Shown: piece after piece, positions 18,365 to 28,820 of the stretch | Layout: every line of letters begins with the position of its first letter | How positions within the stretch are numbered: position 1 is the stretch's first letter | Origin: Deltaproteobacteria bacterium | GTDB taxonomy: Bacteria; Myxococcota_A; UBA9160; SMWR01 | Length of the DNA stretch: 64,000 nucleotides | Direction of reading: 5' to 3' | NCBI GenBank assembly: GCA_032128375.1 | Contig: JAQBGU010000063.1 | Coordinates: 23,382 to 87,381 of the forward strand | Notes under the pieces: generated by a model | The model's database searches: none | What the model saw: the letters and a program-made list of their open reading frames with translations, nothing else | Told to the model about the DNA's origin: nothing | Made by a program: the position numbers and the translations under genes

Positions 18365-21157
18365 ATGATTCGCGTCGCCGCGCTGGGGCTGACCGCCGTG
18401 ACGGGCTTTTCGGCCCTTGTCTACCAGGTCGCGTGGCAAAAGTATCTGGCGGCACTGTTGGGTTCTCACAGCGAAGCGACTGCCGCGGTACTCGGGATTT
18501 TTCTGGGCGGATTGTCGCTGGGTTACTGGCTGTTCGGACGGCTGGCCCAGCGGTTGGGCGGCCCCGGGGGCGCCGATGTCGAGCCGCGACAACTCCTGGC
18601 AGTCTACGGCCTCGTGGAAGCGGGCGTGGGTGCATACGCGTTGCTGTTTCCGTGGCTCTTTCGCGCGGCACTCGCGCTATCGCTGTCGGCCCCGCAAGGT
18701 ATCGCCGGCCTCGCGTTCGGCTTCGACGTGCTGCTCGCGGCAGTCCTGATCGGACCGCCAACGCTTCTGATGGGCGGCACGATCCCGCTCCTGACCCAGG
18801 CCCTCGCGCGGGGCGCGATCGACGCGACGCGTATTCACGCACTGGTCTACGCCACCAACAGTGCCGGTGCGTTCGTCGGCGCGTTGGTGGCCGGTTTCTG
18901 GCTGCTGCCCGCATTCGGACTGAAGACGGGCGTCATTTCGATGGGCATCATCAACCTCGCGGTGGGTCTGGCATTCGTCGGACTCGCCCGCTTCCAATCC
19001 AATTCCCGATTCGCCCGAAAACTCCCAGCGAACGAGCCGGTACAGGCGACGCGACGGGTGACATTCACCGCGGTCGCTCTGCTCTCGGGGTTCTCGTTGA
19101 TGACGTTGCAGGTCGTCTTCAATCGCATCGCGGCATTGTCGTTCGGTGATTCGCATGTCGCGTTCGCGATGATCGTCGCTTGCTTCGTTCTGTGTATCGC
19201 GATGGGGAGCCTCGCGGTGGCCGGCTTCGACCGGATCGATCGCCGGGTACTGATCGGCTGCCAGTGGGCGCTGGTCGCTGCACTGGCATTGCTGTATCCA
19301 CACATCGAAGACGCCCCGTACTGGGCACATCGACTCCGCACCTACTTCCCCGCCCCAGGCGGAAGCCTGCTGCTGTACCACGCGCTGAGTTTCGTGTCGA
19401 TCTTCGCGGTGTTGTCGATTCCGCTGAGTCTTGCGGGCGCCACCCTCCCGCTGATCTTTCACCACCTGCGAAACGAATGGGGCGACCTCGGCGCCGTCGC
19501 GGGGCGGTTGTATGGCTGGAACACGCTGGGTTCGCTGCTGGGAGCGCTGATCGGTGGCTACGCGCTGTTGAATTGGCTCGATCTACACCACGTCTACCGC
19601 ATCGCACTGCTCGCCTTGATCGCCGCCGCCGGCATCCTCACGCTCACTTTGACGTCGCAGCGCACGATTGTGTGGGTCGCCGTCGTCGGCTGCATGGTTC
19701 TTGCGATCTCGCAACCGGCCTGGGCACCCAGAAAACTTTCGGCCGGCCTGTTCAACCTGCGCAGGGCATTCACACATTCGCGCGGGGGTCCAGCGGAATT
19801 CTTTGATCACTATCTGAACGAGAGACCAGCCGACTTTCTGGTATTCCACAGCGACGGCCCAACCTCGACGGTTTCGGTCGAGCAATTCGAACGCGATGGC
19901 CAGACCATCTCGATCCTGAAGACCAATGGGAAGTCCGAGGGGGCGATACCGCTCGACAATCCGACTACATCGATGCTCGCGCTGGTCCCCGCAATCCTAC
20001 AAGCGGCTCCCAAGCGCGCCTTCGTGATCGGATATGGGACCGGCGAGACGGTCGGCACGCTGGCGGGGATCGACTCGCTCGAAGAAGTCGTGGTCGCCGA
20101 AATTTCGCAGGGCGTCATCGACGCCGCACCCTGGTTCGAGGACCACAACGGACACGCACTCGCCAACCCCAAGACGCGGCTGTTGCGCACCGATGCCTAT
20201 CGGACCCTCCTGCGCACCAGCCAGCGCTTCGACATCATCGCGTCCGAGCCGAGTAACCCGTGGGTGAGCGGCGTCGAACTGCTCTTCAGCCGCGACTTCC
20301 TGGAGGTGGCGCGCGACAAACTCACACCCGACGGGATTTATGCCCAATGGTTCCAGACCTACCAGATGGACGAGCGGACCGTCGCACTCGCGCTGCAGAC
20401 CTACCGCCAGGTGTTCGACGAAGTCTCGGTCTGGTACATGCGCGGCACCGACTTGTTGATCCTGGGATACAAGCGCGCCGACCCGGGCGGCCCCAACCCA
20501 TTGGCCGACCTGGAAGAACGCTGGCAGCGCGCAGATTATCAAGACGCCTTCGCCAGGATTTCGATCGATTCGCTCGGCGAGTTGCTGGCACACGAATTGT
20601 TCCCGCTTGGTGTCATCACGGCGGCGGAACTCCCCGACGAAATTCACACACTCGAACATCCGATTCTCAGCCACTACGCGGTCCGAGCGTACTTTCGAGG
20701 CGAGCCTGCAAGACTGCCAGCCACCCATTCCGATGAGCCGGCAGCCGTCGGGGCGCGCAATTCGCTGCTGCGCCGTTACATCGAGCATCGCGGAGGCCTC
20801 TCCGACGACGAGCGATACGCAGTGTTGGAAGAAACCTGCGTCTACCAGATGGCGCTGTGCGCGACGCTGATCGCGAAGTGGGGCATCGATGCGCCCGGTT
20901 CCGACGGATACAGGCGAGCCATCGACGCGGCTCGCGCGAGCCCCTATCACGCCCCCTTCGCCAGGATCGAAATCCAATCGCGGATCGCGCTACTGCTCGG
21001 GGCGCAAAACGGCGTCGCAATGAAGACGCGAGATCAGCGGCTGCGCATCGCCAAGTTCTATCGCCGCTTCTATCACCACGCGGCGCCGTTTGTGCCCGAG
21101 ATCCTCGATCGGGTCGCCGGACGGCGCCTCGAAGCGCTGCACGCTGCCATTCCGTAA
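18365..21157 (+). CDS. Fused multi-TM / spermidine synthase-like SAM-dependent protein
   Basis: GFSALVYQVAW, LMGGTIP, YATNSAGA, VIGYGTGET, AEIS, FDIIASEPSNPWVSGVELLFS. Confidence 0.9.
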   Translation: MIRVAALGLTAVTGFSALVYQVAWQKYLAALLGSHSEATAAVLGIFLGGLSLGYWLFGRLAQRLGGPGGADVEPRQLLAVYGLVEAGVGAYALLFPWLFRAALALSLSAPQGIAGLAFGFDVLLAAVLIGPPTLLMGGTIPLLTQALARGAIDATRIHALVYATNSAGAFVGALVAGFWLLPAFGLKTGVISMGIINLAVGLAFVGLARFQSNSRFARKLPANEPVQATRRVTFTAVALLSGFSLMTLQVVFNRIAALSFGDSHVAFAMIVACFVLCIAMGSLAVAGFDRIDRRVLIGCQWALVAALALLYPHIEDAPYWAHRLRTYFPAPGGSLLLYHALSFVSIFAVLSIPLSLAGATLPLIFHHLRNEWGDLGAVAGRLYGWNTLGSLLGALIGGYALLNWLDLHHVYRIALLALIAAAGILTLTLTSQRTIVWVAVVGCMVLAISQPAWAPRKLSAGLFNLRRAFTHSRGGPAEFFDHYLNERPADFLVFHSDGPTSTVSVEQFERDGQTISILKTNGKSEGAIPLDNPTTSMLALVPAILQAAPKRAFVIGYGTGETVGTLAGIDSLEEVVVAEISQGVIDAAPWFEDHNGHALANPKTRLLRTDAYRTLLRTSQRFDIIASEPSNPWVSGVELLFSRDFLEVARDKLTPDGIYAQWFQTYQMDERTVALALQTYRQVFDEVSVWYMRGTDLLILGYKRADPGGPNPLADLEERWQRADYQDAFARISIDSLGELLAHELFPLGVITAAELPDEIHTLEHPILSHYAVRAYFRGEPARLPATHSDEPAAVGARNSLLRRYIEHRGGLSDDERYAVLEETCVYQMALCATLIAKWGIDAPGSDGYRRAIDAARASPYHAPFARIEIQSRIALLLGAQNGVAMKTRDQRLRIAKFYRRFYHHAAPFVPEILDRVAGRRLEALHAAIP

Positions 21158-21403
21158 CGGCTGCGTGCGATCTGGACCGACGATTGTGATCGCCGGCACG
21201 CCAAGAAGTGGCACACCCACCCATCGAATCGGGGATTCGCGAAAGAAATTCTCGCGCACTGCTTGATTCTTCCAAGCACACTGCAGTTCTGCACCTGGCC
21301 TGCGATCGATTTGCCGGGTCGCGAACTTCCACGCGTTGGGAGGTTCTCACCTCAATCCGCGTTGCGGCCGAAGAGTCTGATGAAGAGTCTGAAGGGAGAG
21401 CGG

Positions 21404-22582
21404 ATGCGCGGCCTCAACATCGCGTTGATCATTGCCATCACAGTCGCCGGGACACTTCCCGCGGCTGCAGCCAGTTTCACGGGCGGTGTTGTGATACCGG
21501 CCGGCGCGACAGTCGAAGACATGGTGACGGACGGAACGCTCGCCGGTACGACGATCGTCGGCACGTTCCCGACGGGTGGCGGCACCAATGAAGGCTTTCG
21601 GATCGACGATGTCGACTACACGAGCCTGGTCGATCTCCCTGCCAGCAATACCGAGGCGCATGCGGTAGCAGGCGACAGGTCCATCGTCGTCGGCAAGAGC
21701 GACGTGGGTGGGCAGCACGCGGTCTACTGGGACAACAACGACAACATCATCGCGCTTACGACAGCAAAAAGTGACGCCATTGGCGTAAACTTCGACGGAA
21801 GCGTAATCGTCGGCAAGACGAAATCAGGCGTCGACACAGCCGTCAAGTGGGTCATCGATGGCGGCGGCGGGATCACCGAGACGATCCTCGGAGACCTGGG
21901 TGGCGGCAAGAGCGAAGCTCGCGGTGTCTCCGACGACGGAAACTGGGTCGTCGGCAAAGGCACCAACCTCGCCGGTGACAAGGTCGCGCTGATGTGGGAT
22001 AGCAGTGGGGCTATCACAGAGATCGGTGACCTCGTGGGCGGAAAGGGCGATGCAGTAGCCAACGACGTCAACAGCGACGGTACGGTTGTCGTCGGCATGG
22101 CCGACATCGCGGGAGGCAAAGTGGCCTTCCGCTGGGAAAACCTGGGGGCGACCACGGTGATGGTCTCGCTCGGGACCCTGGGCAGCGGGGACTCAGAAGC
22201 GACCGGCGTGTCGGCGGACGGTTCGATCGTCGTCGGAACGTCAGGCAACGGCGCCGCTGAGGAAGCCTTCATCTGGACGCAGGCCGACGGGATCCGAAGC
22301 CTCAGGGAGTACCTGATCACCGAGTACGGCCTCGCGGTCGAGCTAGCCGACTGGACATTCGAAAGCGCCAGCATTTCAGCTGACGGTCAAACCGTCGTCG
22401 GCATCGGAACCAATGCCGGGGTGACCCAGTCGTTCCTCGCCCAGATACCCGAACCGTCCACCTACGCCATGCTGATGTTCGGACTGATCGGGCTCGGATG
22501 GGCTGGCCGGCGGCGGCCGCTAACGGCGCGAACTTCTTCGAATCTGCGCGGTCCTCGTGCGGAAGCATCGCGATTGCTCTGA
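21404..22582 (+). CDS. HAF-repeat-like secreted protein with PEP-CTERM sorting signal
   Basis: Signal peptide, repeated S-x-A-x-G-V-S-x-D-G-x-x-V-V-G units, C-terminal IPEPSTYAMLMFGLIGLGWAGRRR. Confidence 0.92.
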   Translation: MRGLNIALIIAITVAGTLPAAAASFTGGVVIPAGATVEDMVTDGTLAGTTIVGTFPTGGGTNEGFRIDDVDYTSLVDLPASNTEAHAVAGDRSIVVGKSDVGGQHAVYWDNNDNIIALTTAKSDAIGVNFDGSVIVGKTKSGVDTAVKWVIDGGGGITETILGDLGGGKSEARGVSDDGNWVVGKGTNLAGDKVALMWDSSGAITEIGDLVGGKGDAVANDVNSDGTVVVGMADIAGGKVAFRWENLGATTVMVSLGTLGSGDSEATGVSADGSIVVGTSGNGAAEEAFIWTQADGIRSLREYLITEYGLAVELADWTFESASISADGQTVVGIGTNAGVTQSFLAQIPEPSTYAMLMFGLIGLGWAGRRRPLTARTSSNLRGPRAEASRLL

Positions 22583-22890
22583 ACCGCACTGCTTGGCACT
22601 GCGACCACTGCTCGATTCCGCTCCGGATTCGAAGCGGCGGGGTTCGAAGGCCAACGCTCGTCCGGAGGCACACGTCCCGCCAACTGGCGGGATCTGTCAC
22701 TGCGATCCGACTTGTTCGCGTGGATCGATTTCCTGGGCCGAGAGCAGCTCGACGACTGTGTCGCCGTATCGGCGCGCGATCGGATCCTGGACGCAGTCTG
22801 CCTCGATGTTTGATCACTCACCTGTTGGGAATTCGATTACCGCTGCGTAGAATCGCCCCTTTCCCTGGTTCGCAGCGCAGGACACCGACG

Positions 22891-23847
22891 ATGAGAGTGC
22901 TGATCGATACCGACCCCGCGATGGGTTCGCTAGGCGGCGACCCCGAAGACGGTTTCGCGATCCTATTGGCATTGAACTCGCCAGAGCTGACGGTCGATGG
23001 GATCACGGTCGTTGCCGGCAACGTGCCAGTCGACAAGGGTTATTCGAACGCGGTGCACCTACTGGTGATGGCCGGCCGCAACGAAGTGCCGGTGTACCGT
23101 GGCGCCGCTGGGCCGGTATCGCCCAAGAGGACGGCGCAAATCCGTTGGCTCGAAAAGCGTGGAGAATTGGAGCAGATCTCGCCCGCCGCGAGCCCACCCA
23201 ACGGCGAAGCAGATGCGGCGGAATTCATGGTCCGGCATGTTTTGGACTCTCCCGGCGAGATCACATTGATTGCGATTGGTCCGCTGACCAACGTGGCCCT
23301 CGCGCTCCGACGCGAGCCCCGCTTCGCGCAATCCGTTTCGCGAATCGTCATGATGGCGGGCGCGGCCAAGGTTTCCGGAAATGTGACACCCTCCGCGGAG
23401 TTCAACTGCTGGATGGATCCCGAAGCCGCCGCGGAAGTTTTTGCATCGGGGATCGAGATCACGATGGTCGGCCTCGATGTCTGCGAGCAGACCCACCTGC
23501 GTGAGGAGCCGCTGTTCGAACTCCGCCACAGCAGCTCGCCGCTGGGCCGATTCGTCGGGACGGCAGCGCTACCGTTCATCGCATGGCGACGCCGGTTTTC
23601 CGCAAGCGACGATCTCCACCTCTATGATTCGTTGGCTGTCGCGACCGCATTTCGACCCGAAATTCTGACGCTCGAACCGGCCTGGGTAGCCATCGAAACG
23701 GCGGGCAGCCACACCGCGGGCGAGACCGTCGTGTGGCTGAATCCAGTCCTGCGCAAAGAGCCGAACGCAAGGGTCGGGCTTTCACTGGATTCCGCCGCAT
23801 TCGAGACCCTATTCGAACAGCGGGTGATTGCACCAATGCGCGAATAG
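22891..23847 (+). CDS. Inosine-uridine-preferring nucleoside hydrolase family protein
   Basis: VLIDTDP...DPED, VAGNV, IGPLTNVA, AEFNCWMDPEAA, VGLDV, HLYD. Confidence 0.92.
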   Translation: MRVLIDTDPAMGSLGGDPEDGFAILLALNSPELTVDGITVVAGNVPVDKGYSNAVHLLVMAGRNEVPVYRGAAGPVSPKRTAQIRWLEKRGELEQISPAASPPNGEADAAEFMVRHVLDSPGEITLIAIGPLTNVALALRREPRFAQSVSRIVMMAGAAKVSGNVTPSAEFNCWMDPEAAAEVFASGIEITMVGLDVCEQTHLREEPLFELRHSSSPLGRFVGTAALPFIAWRRRFSASDDLHLYDSLAVATAFRPEILTLEPAWVAIETAGSHTAGETVVWLNPVLRKEPNARVGLSLDSAAFETLFEQRVIAPMRE

Positions 23848-23900
23848 CTGCAACGTCAAGCGGGGTCGCAGCCGCTCGGCCGATGTGCGATTGACTACAC

Positions 23901-23930
23901 AGCAACAGGCAGCAACAGGCAGCAACAGGC
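23901..23930. repeat. Tandem repeat AGCAACAGGC x3
   Basis: Seen directly, intergenic. Confidence 0.9.
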
Positions 23931-23991
23931 TGGCTCTCGAACGGAGCCGGCTCCTTTCAAGAGCCAGCTTCGCCCGACAGGAGAACACGAC

Positions 23992-24237
23992 GTGTCAGAC
24001 ATGGTTCGACTCGCGATCGACTTCGAGAACCCGAGCCCCGAATGGTGGGAGAGCGGTGGACACGACCTTTGGGAAGCGATCCTCGAGGGCTTCGACAACA
24101 ACGACGCGGTCGTCGACCGCTCGATCGCTGATTCGTGGCTCGCCGAAGCCGCGAAGCTACCGGGCTGGGAGGGCGGGCCCGTTTTTTCTCCGCACCCCAT
24201 CTGTATCAAGGAAGTCAACGAAGACGAACTCCTGTGA
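23992..24237 (+). CDS. Small acidic hypothetical protein (81 aa)
   Basis: AGGAG RBS, GC3-biased codons, Trp- and acid-rich composition. Confidence 0.7.
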   Translation: MSDMVRLAIDFENPSPEWWESGGHDLWEAILEGFDNNDAVVDRSIADSWLAEAAKLPGWEGGPVFSPHPICIKEVNEDELL

Positions 24238-24359
24238 GTGTTCGTGACCCTTGTGCCAGTTCGCTGATGCGCTAGCTGCCCTCTGCTCGGTCTGGCCCCT
24301 TCCACTCTCAATAACTAACCCGAGCAATTCATTCCCGAACAAGAAGAGCTCGCGGCGAA

Positions 24360-24718
24360 CGAACGATCGGCGATGTCGGCCGAAGAAATGCCAGATCTCA
24401 TCCGGCGCATCGATGTCTCGGTTGGTGGAGCCGACGTACTTCGCGGTCAACCATCGCGACCCCAACTCCGGACCACCCGGGACGCTGTGGGCTCCATTGT
24501 GAACCGCATACAGGACCACTTCATCTCCACCGGGGACCCCCCAGTGGCTGCGCGTGACTGTCGAGCCGTCGTCTGGGTCACGGTCGGGAAAGGTTGACCT
24601 CCGGCTCGTCAGCGACAGCGTTTACCGCGAGCCAATGCGCGACAGTTTCGCGCGTCGAACAGGCCCGAAACAGCAGCGCCAGCAACGCGCCCACAAGAAT
24701 CGCAATCCCACGAAGCAT
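24360..24718 (-). pseudogene. LpqC / PHB-depolymerase-type esterase remnant with internal deletion and frameshift
   Basis: GGAG RBS and MLRGIAILVGALLALLF join directly to STRETVAHWLAVN...L(+1)PDRDPDDGSTV...EVVLYAVHNGAHSVPGG...VGSTNRDIDAPDEIWHFF. The GxSxG core is absent; 3' end approximate. Confidence 0.65.
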
Positions 24719-24813
24719 CGGGTGGTCTCCATGTGGTGAGGGCACGCTGAGAACGTCTGCGCTGATTCGATGTGCGTTGATTGCGTGTGTCGTCAGTTTG
24801 CGGGCAATCTGTG

Positions 24814-25323
24814 TCAGCCCGGAGCCGGTCGAAGTTCGAACCACCACACTTGCGCGCGAGACGCCCAGCCGTCGGGTTCGATCGCGTACTTGGTGGCGAT
24901 CGCGCGGCGCAACGTCTCGACCCGCTCGGTGTCCGTGACCCGCACAGCATGACAGCGATAGATCTGTCCATGCACGCGCACGCGAACCCGCGGGTCAGCG
25001 AGTACTTGATGTGGCCAGCGTTTGATCGGAGTCAGGAAGTCCGCCGGGAGATACACCGACCCGCCGACCACGACGTTCCAGGTCGTGATCGAGCGCGGCT
25101 GCGGCGCGCGAACTTCTACCTCCACTTCGGCGAGATCGGCGAATCGGCTTGCGGGCAGCTCCGAGCACGAGCGCTCCGGGACGCCCGTCAGGAAAGCACC
25201 GCCCGGTATCATTGCCCACGGACCATCCATTCGGGCCGCGAACGATCGACCGATTGCCAGAGACAACAGCAGCGCGCCGAGCGCGACGGCGATCGCTCGC
25301 GTCCGGCGGAGGCCGCGCTTCAT
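24814..25323 (-). CDS. Exported hypothetical protein (split-barrel / DUF2255-like), paralog of 17119-17622
   Basis: Signal/TM, DGPWAMIPGG, KRWPHQVLADPRVRVRVHGQIY, WWFELRP. ATGA overlap with the deacylase stop. Confidence 0.7.
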   Translation of the reverse strand: MKRGLRRTRAIAVALGALLLSLAIGRSFAARMDGPWAMIPGGAFLTGVPERSCSELPASRFADLAEVEVEVRAPQPRSITTWNVVVGGSVYLPADFLTPIKRWPHQVLADPRVRVRVHGQIYRCHAVRVTDTERVETLRRAIATKYAIEPDGWASRAQVWWFELRPAPG

Positions 25324-26816
25324 CCGACCGCGCGGCGCAGCGCCTGGCCGGGTCTCGCACCGGTGTGCTCCCCGTCGCGCACGACTTCGGTGCCGTTGAC
25401 GAACACCCGAACGATGCCGTCGGGATACTGGTTGGGGTCTTCGAAGGTCCCGCGATCGATGATCGCGTCCGGGTCGAACAGCACCAGATCCGCGAACGCC
25501 CCCGGGCGGAGTTCGCCGCGATCTTGCAGACCGAACTTGCGCGCCGACATGCCGGTCATGCGATGAATGGCGTCTTCTAGCGGGAACAAACCGAGATCCC
25601 GTGCGTAGTGTCCAATCACCCGTGCGAAGGTCCCGTACAACCGCGGGTGGGGTTTGCCTTCCAGGGTGGGGATTCCATCCGAGCCGATCATCGTCGTAGG
25701 ATGACACATGACGGTGCGGACATCGTTTTCGTCCATCGTGTGCAATACGACCGTGGCACCGGGCTCACTTTCCAACACGCGAAGGGCGATGTCAGTCCCC
25801 GTGACCGACAGCAGCGCTCCCAACTGGTGGAGCGTCTTGCCCTCCCATTCCGGGTGGCTCGACGTCGATGCGATCACGATGCGCTCGAGAGCGTTCGGGT
25901 CGTCGATCAGCGCTTTGTCCTGGTCCTGTGCGACGGCTGATAACACGGTACTCCCAGCGGTGTATGGATACTGATCCGCGTGCACATCGACACCGCGACG
26001 TCGCGCGGCCTCGATCAGCGCGATCGAATCCCGAACCCGCCCCCAGTTGGCGGGCCCACTCGCTTTGTGGTGAGAAATCTGAACCGACACACCGGCTCGC
26101 TCGCCGATCTCGATTGCCTCCGCGACGGCCTCGAGCAGGCGTGCTCCCTCGTTTCGCATATGTGTCGCGTACAGCCCTCCCGATTCCGACATCCGCGAAG
26201 CGAGCGATACGATTTCGTCGGTCTGCGCGTGTCGGCTGGGCTCGTACACCAGCCCCGTCGACAAACCGACGGCGCCGGCTTCGAGACCTTCGCGCAAGTG
26301 AGACTCCATGCGCACCATTTCGTCCGTACTCGGCACGCGCTTCGCCCCACCCATCGCCTCGAGCCGTAGCGTCCCGTGCCCGACCAGGACAGCCACATTT
26401 ACGCTGACTGGATTCGCGTCGAGGTGAGCGAAGTAGCCGGCATAGCCGCTCCACTGAGGTAGCGTGTCGTGGGGATGAAACGCACGCGCCATCAGCGCTG
26501 CCTGCTCGTGGGGCGCGGCTCCGAATCCGCAGTTTCCCACCACACACGTGGTGACTCCGCCGCGCACCTTGAAGGCCATCTCAGGATGCAACACGGCCGC
26601 GAAATCGTCGTGGGTGTGGACGTCGATGAACCCGGGCGACAAGGCCAGGCCTTGCGCGTCGATCTCGATCGAACCTCGCCGCGGAACTTCGCCCACGCGA
26701 TCGATCCGCTCCCCGCGAATCGACACATCCCCGACGGTCGGCGGTACGCCTGCCCCTGGGGTGCCTGCGGCGATACCGGTATACAGGGTCGCATTGCGGA
26801 TGACGATGTCGCTCAC
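25320..26816 (-). CDS. N-acyl-D-amino-acid deacylase (D-aminoacylase)
   Basis: PGFIDVHTHDD, GNCG, GHGTLR, HMRNE, SHHK, DQYPYTAGST, PHPRLYGTF. Confidence 0.95.
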   Translation of the reverse strand: MSDIVIRNATLYTGIAAGTPGAGVPPTVGDVSIRGERIDRVGEVPRRGSIEIDAQGLALSPGFIDVHTHDDFAAVLHPEMAFKVRGGVTTCVVGNCGFGAAPHEQAALMARAFHPHDTLPQWSGYAGYFAHLDANPVSVNVAVLVGHGTLRLEAMGGAKRVPSTDEMVRMESHLREGLEAGAVGLSTGLVYEPSRHAQTDEIVSLASRMSESGGLYATHMRNEGARLLEAVAEAIEIGERAGVSVQISHHKASGPANWGRVRDSIALIEAARRRGVDVHADQYPYTAGSTVLSAVAQDQDKALIDDPNALERIVIASTSSHPEWEGKTLHQLGALLSVTGTDIALRVLESEPGATVVLHTMDENDVRTVMCHPTTMIGSDGIPTLEGKPHPRLYGTFARVIGHYARDLGLFPLEDAIHRMTGMSARKFGLQDRGELRPGAFADLVLFDPDAIIDRGTFEDPNQYPDGIVRVFVNGTEVVRDGEHTGARPGQALRRAVG

Positions 26817-27091
26817 GTGAGTTTCCCCCTTTCAGGTTTTTCTGCGTTGTTCGCGGCTCTGGCGGTAACGCAGTCTAGGGCGAAGCGCTTCCGGTTTCTT
26901 CTGCATGCATCGGGCCGGGCTCGATCGCAGTGACGAAGAGCCTCTGGACTTGGCTGGGGGCCAGAAAACGAAAGCAACGCGGAGCGCGCGCCGGCGCGAT
27001 GCCGAACGCACCCTCGTACCATCGAAGCGCTCGAGTTGATTCAGGACGACGGCAAGCGCCGAGTGCGGTTGCAGCGGCTGATCGACGAGCG

Positions 27092-28648
27092 CTAGTTCGG
27101 ATAACTCACCTTCCACAGCCAGGTTCGTTTGAAGACCCTTCCCGCGAACGGCCGGCCGCTGAGCTCGATCACACGTTGAAAACGCAGCGACGGATCGTGG
27201 TAGACACGTCGAAAGGTAGCAGCCTGCGTCGGGTCGTGTTCAATCAGGTACGCGATGTCAAGCTCCCGCATGTAACCCGCGATGTCGCGATCGCGATGGG
27301 CTGCGAGCGCGCCGGGGTTCACGACGCCGTCGAGGTTGATGACCTCTCGATCGGTAAAAAAATTGTAGACACCGGCATTGAACGAGCCGATTCTCGCCGT
27401 GTCGGGTAGGTCGCGTAGCACTTTGTTGGCCACCAGCGCGGCCTGGTACTTGTCGTATTCGTGGGGCGCAATCGGGGCGCTGCCAGAAGTCAGCGAGAAC
27501 GCGAGCACGCAGACGGTGGTGATCGCCAGCGCAAGTCGACCGCCGGGCACGACGGCAAGGGTCGCCCGGGCCAGCAGCGGAACACACAACGCATAGACGG
27601 GGATCGCCAGGTAGAGCCCGTACCAGATTCGGAATCCCCCTAAATAGAAGATGTAGTATGCGGCCCATGTCACCGACCCCAGTCCGACCACCGCGGCAAA
27701 ACGCCCCAGCCCAGACGGCTCGCGTGCGGGCCGGAAATGAACCAGCGCGCACAATACACCGATCGCAGTAGCCAGTGCCCAGACGGGAGTGCGCCCACCC
27801 GCGAAGTACTGGTTGAAGTATCCCAAAACAACGGCCGCGCTGGACGCCCAGCCATCGAGGGCCGACAAGTGCGTTTCGTTCGCTGCGCGCAATACCCGCA
27901 GAGCCGCGCCGCTGGTCGGAAACGCACTGCCGGTCAGCGCCAGGATATAGCCGATCCAGATGAGTGGCAGTCCGAGAGCCGTCAGAGCTAATGCCGAAAC
28001 CGCGCGAAAACGCCGATTGCGAACCGCGGTAGCGAACACCAGCACAGCAGCAGGGGCCAGCCACAGCGGTGCATCCATTCGCGCCCAAAACGATACGCCC
28101 AAACACGCACCCAGCGACGCCATCGCGCGGACCTGCCCACTCGCGTCGTCGGCGACCAAGCGCACGAAGCGGTCGAAAAACACGAGCACGGCCAGCACAG
28201 CCAACATCGTCTCGACACCGGTCATCGCGAGAGCGTGGATCTTCGCATTCGCGGCCCAGCCCATCGCGCAAATCAGTGCGACCGGCTGCGGCGCGACCCG
28301 ATTCACGCACCGGTAGAGCACCATGACGCAGGCCGAATTCGCCAGCGCGAGCACGGCCAGGCAGCAGAGGATCGCCGTTGCCGGCTCGAAGCGCGGCTGG
28401 ATCAACGAGGCCAGCATCGCGTAGAGCGGGTGGAAGCCGCTGCTTGCTATCCCGGGATTGAACTCTGGAAAGTGTCGCGCGATGACGAAGTAGTAGAAGG
28501 CGTCATCCACGAGGTATTGCACGAGGAGATAGTCGATGCCTCGAGCCGCATCCACGGCGAATCGCAAGAGCGGCGTGACTGCGCAAACCGCCAATAGGAT
28601 CTCGCCGATCGCCCGACCGCGTCGAACATCAGCGCCGAGCTGTGCCAT
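27092..28648 (-). CDS. Polytopic membrane protein, probable GT-C superfamily glycosyltransferase
   Basis: DDAFYYF first-loop motif, GFHPLY, GVET, ARMD, many TMs, C-terminal SFNAGVYNFF...VINLDGVVN. Confidence 0.75.
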   Translation of the reverse strand: MAQLGADVRRGRAIGEILLAVCAVTPLLRFAVDAARGIDYLLVQYLVDDAFYYFVIARHFPEFNPGIASSGFHPLYAMLASLIQPRFEPATAILCCLAVLALANSACVMVLYRCVNRVAPQPVALICAMGWAANAKIHALAMTGVETMLAVLAVLVFFDRFVRLVADDASGQVRAMASLGACLGVSFWARMDAPLWLAPAAVLVFATAVRNRRFRAVSALALTALGLPLIWIGYILALTGSAFPTSGAALRVLRAANETHLSALDGWASSAAVVLGYFNQYFAGGRTPVWALATAIGVLCALVHFRPAREPSGLGRFAAVVGLGSVTWAAYYIFYLGGFRIWYGLYLAIPVYALCVPLLARATLAVVPGGRLALAITTVCVLAFSLTSGSAPIAPHEYDKYQAALVANKVLRDLPDTARIGSFNAGVYNFFTDREVINLDGVVNPGALAAHRDRDIAGYMRELDIAYLIEHDPTQAATFRRVYHDPSLRFQRVIELSGRPFAGRVFKRTWLWKVSYPN

Positions 28649-28820
28649 TGGGCTCCATCGTTTGCGAGTCGATCCATCGGCCGGCCAGCGGCCCCGGCGC
28701 CAGGGGCCCATTGTACTGGCCCACGCGCGAATCGCATTCGGGACCGCAGGGGCAGCGGCTAGAACGAGTGCAGATCGGGTGAAGTGGGGAATGCCAGTTC
28801 ACCGTCCAGAAGCCGAAGCA

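Noticed and set aside
24373..24597. 74-aa plus-strand ORF
   Set aside because: The opposite strand carries recognisable esterase motifs, so this is a shadow ORF.
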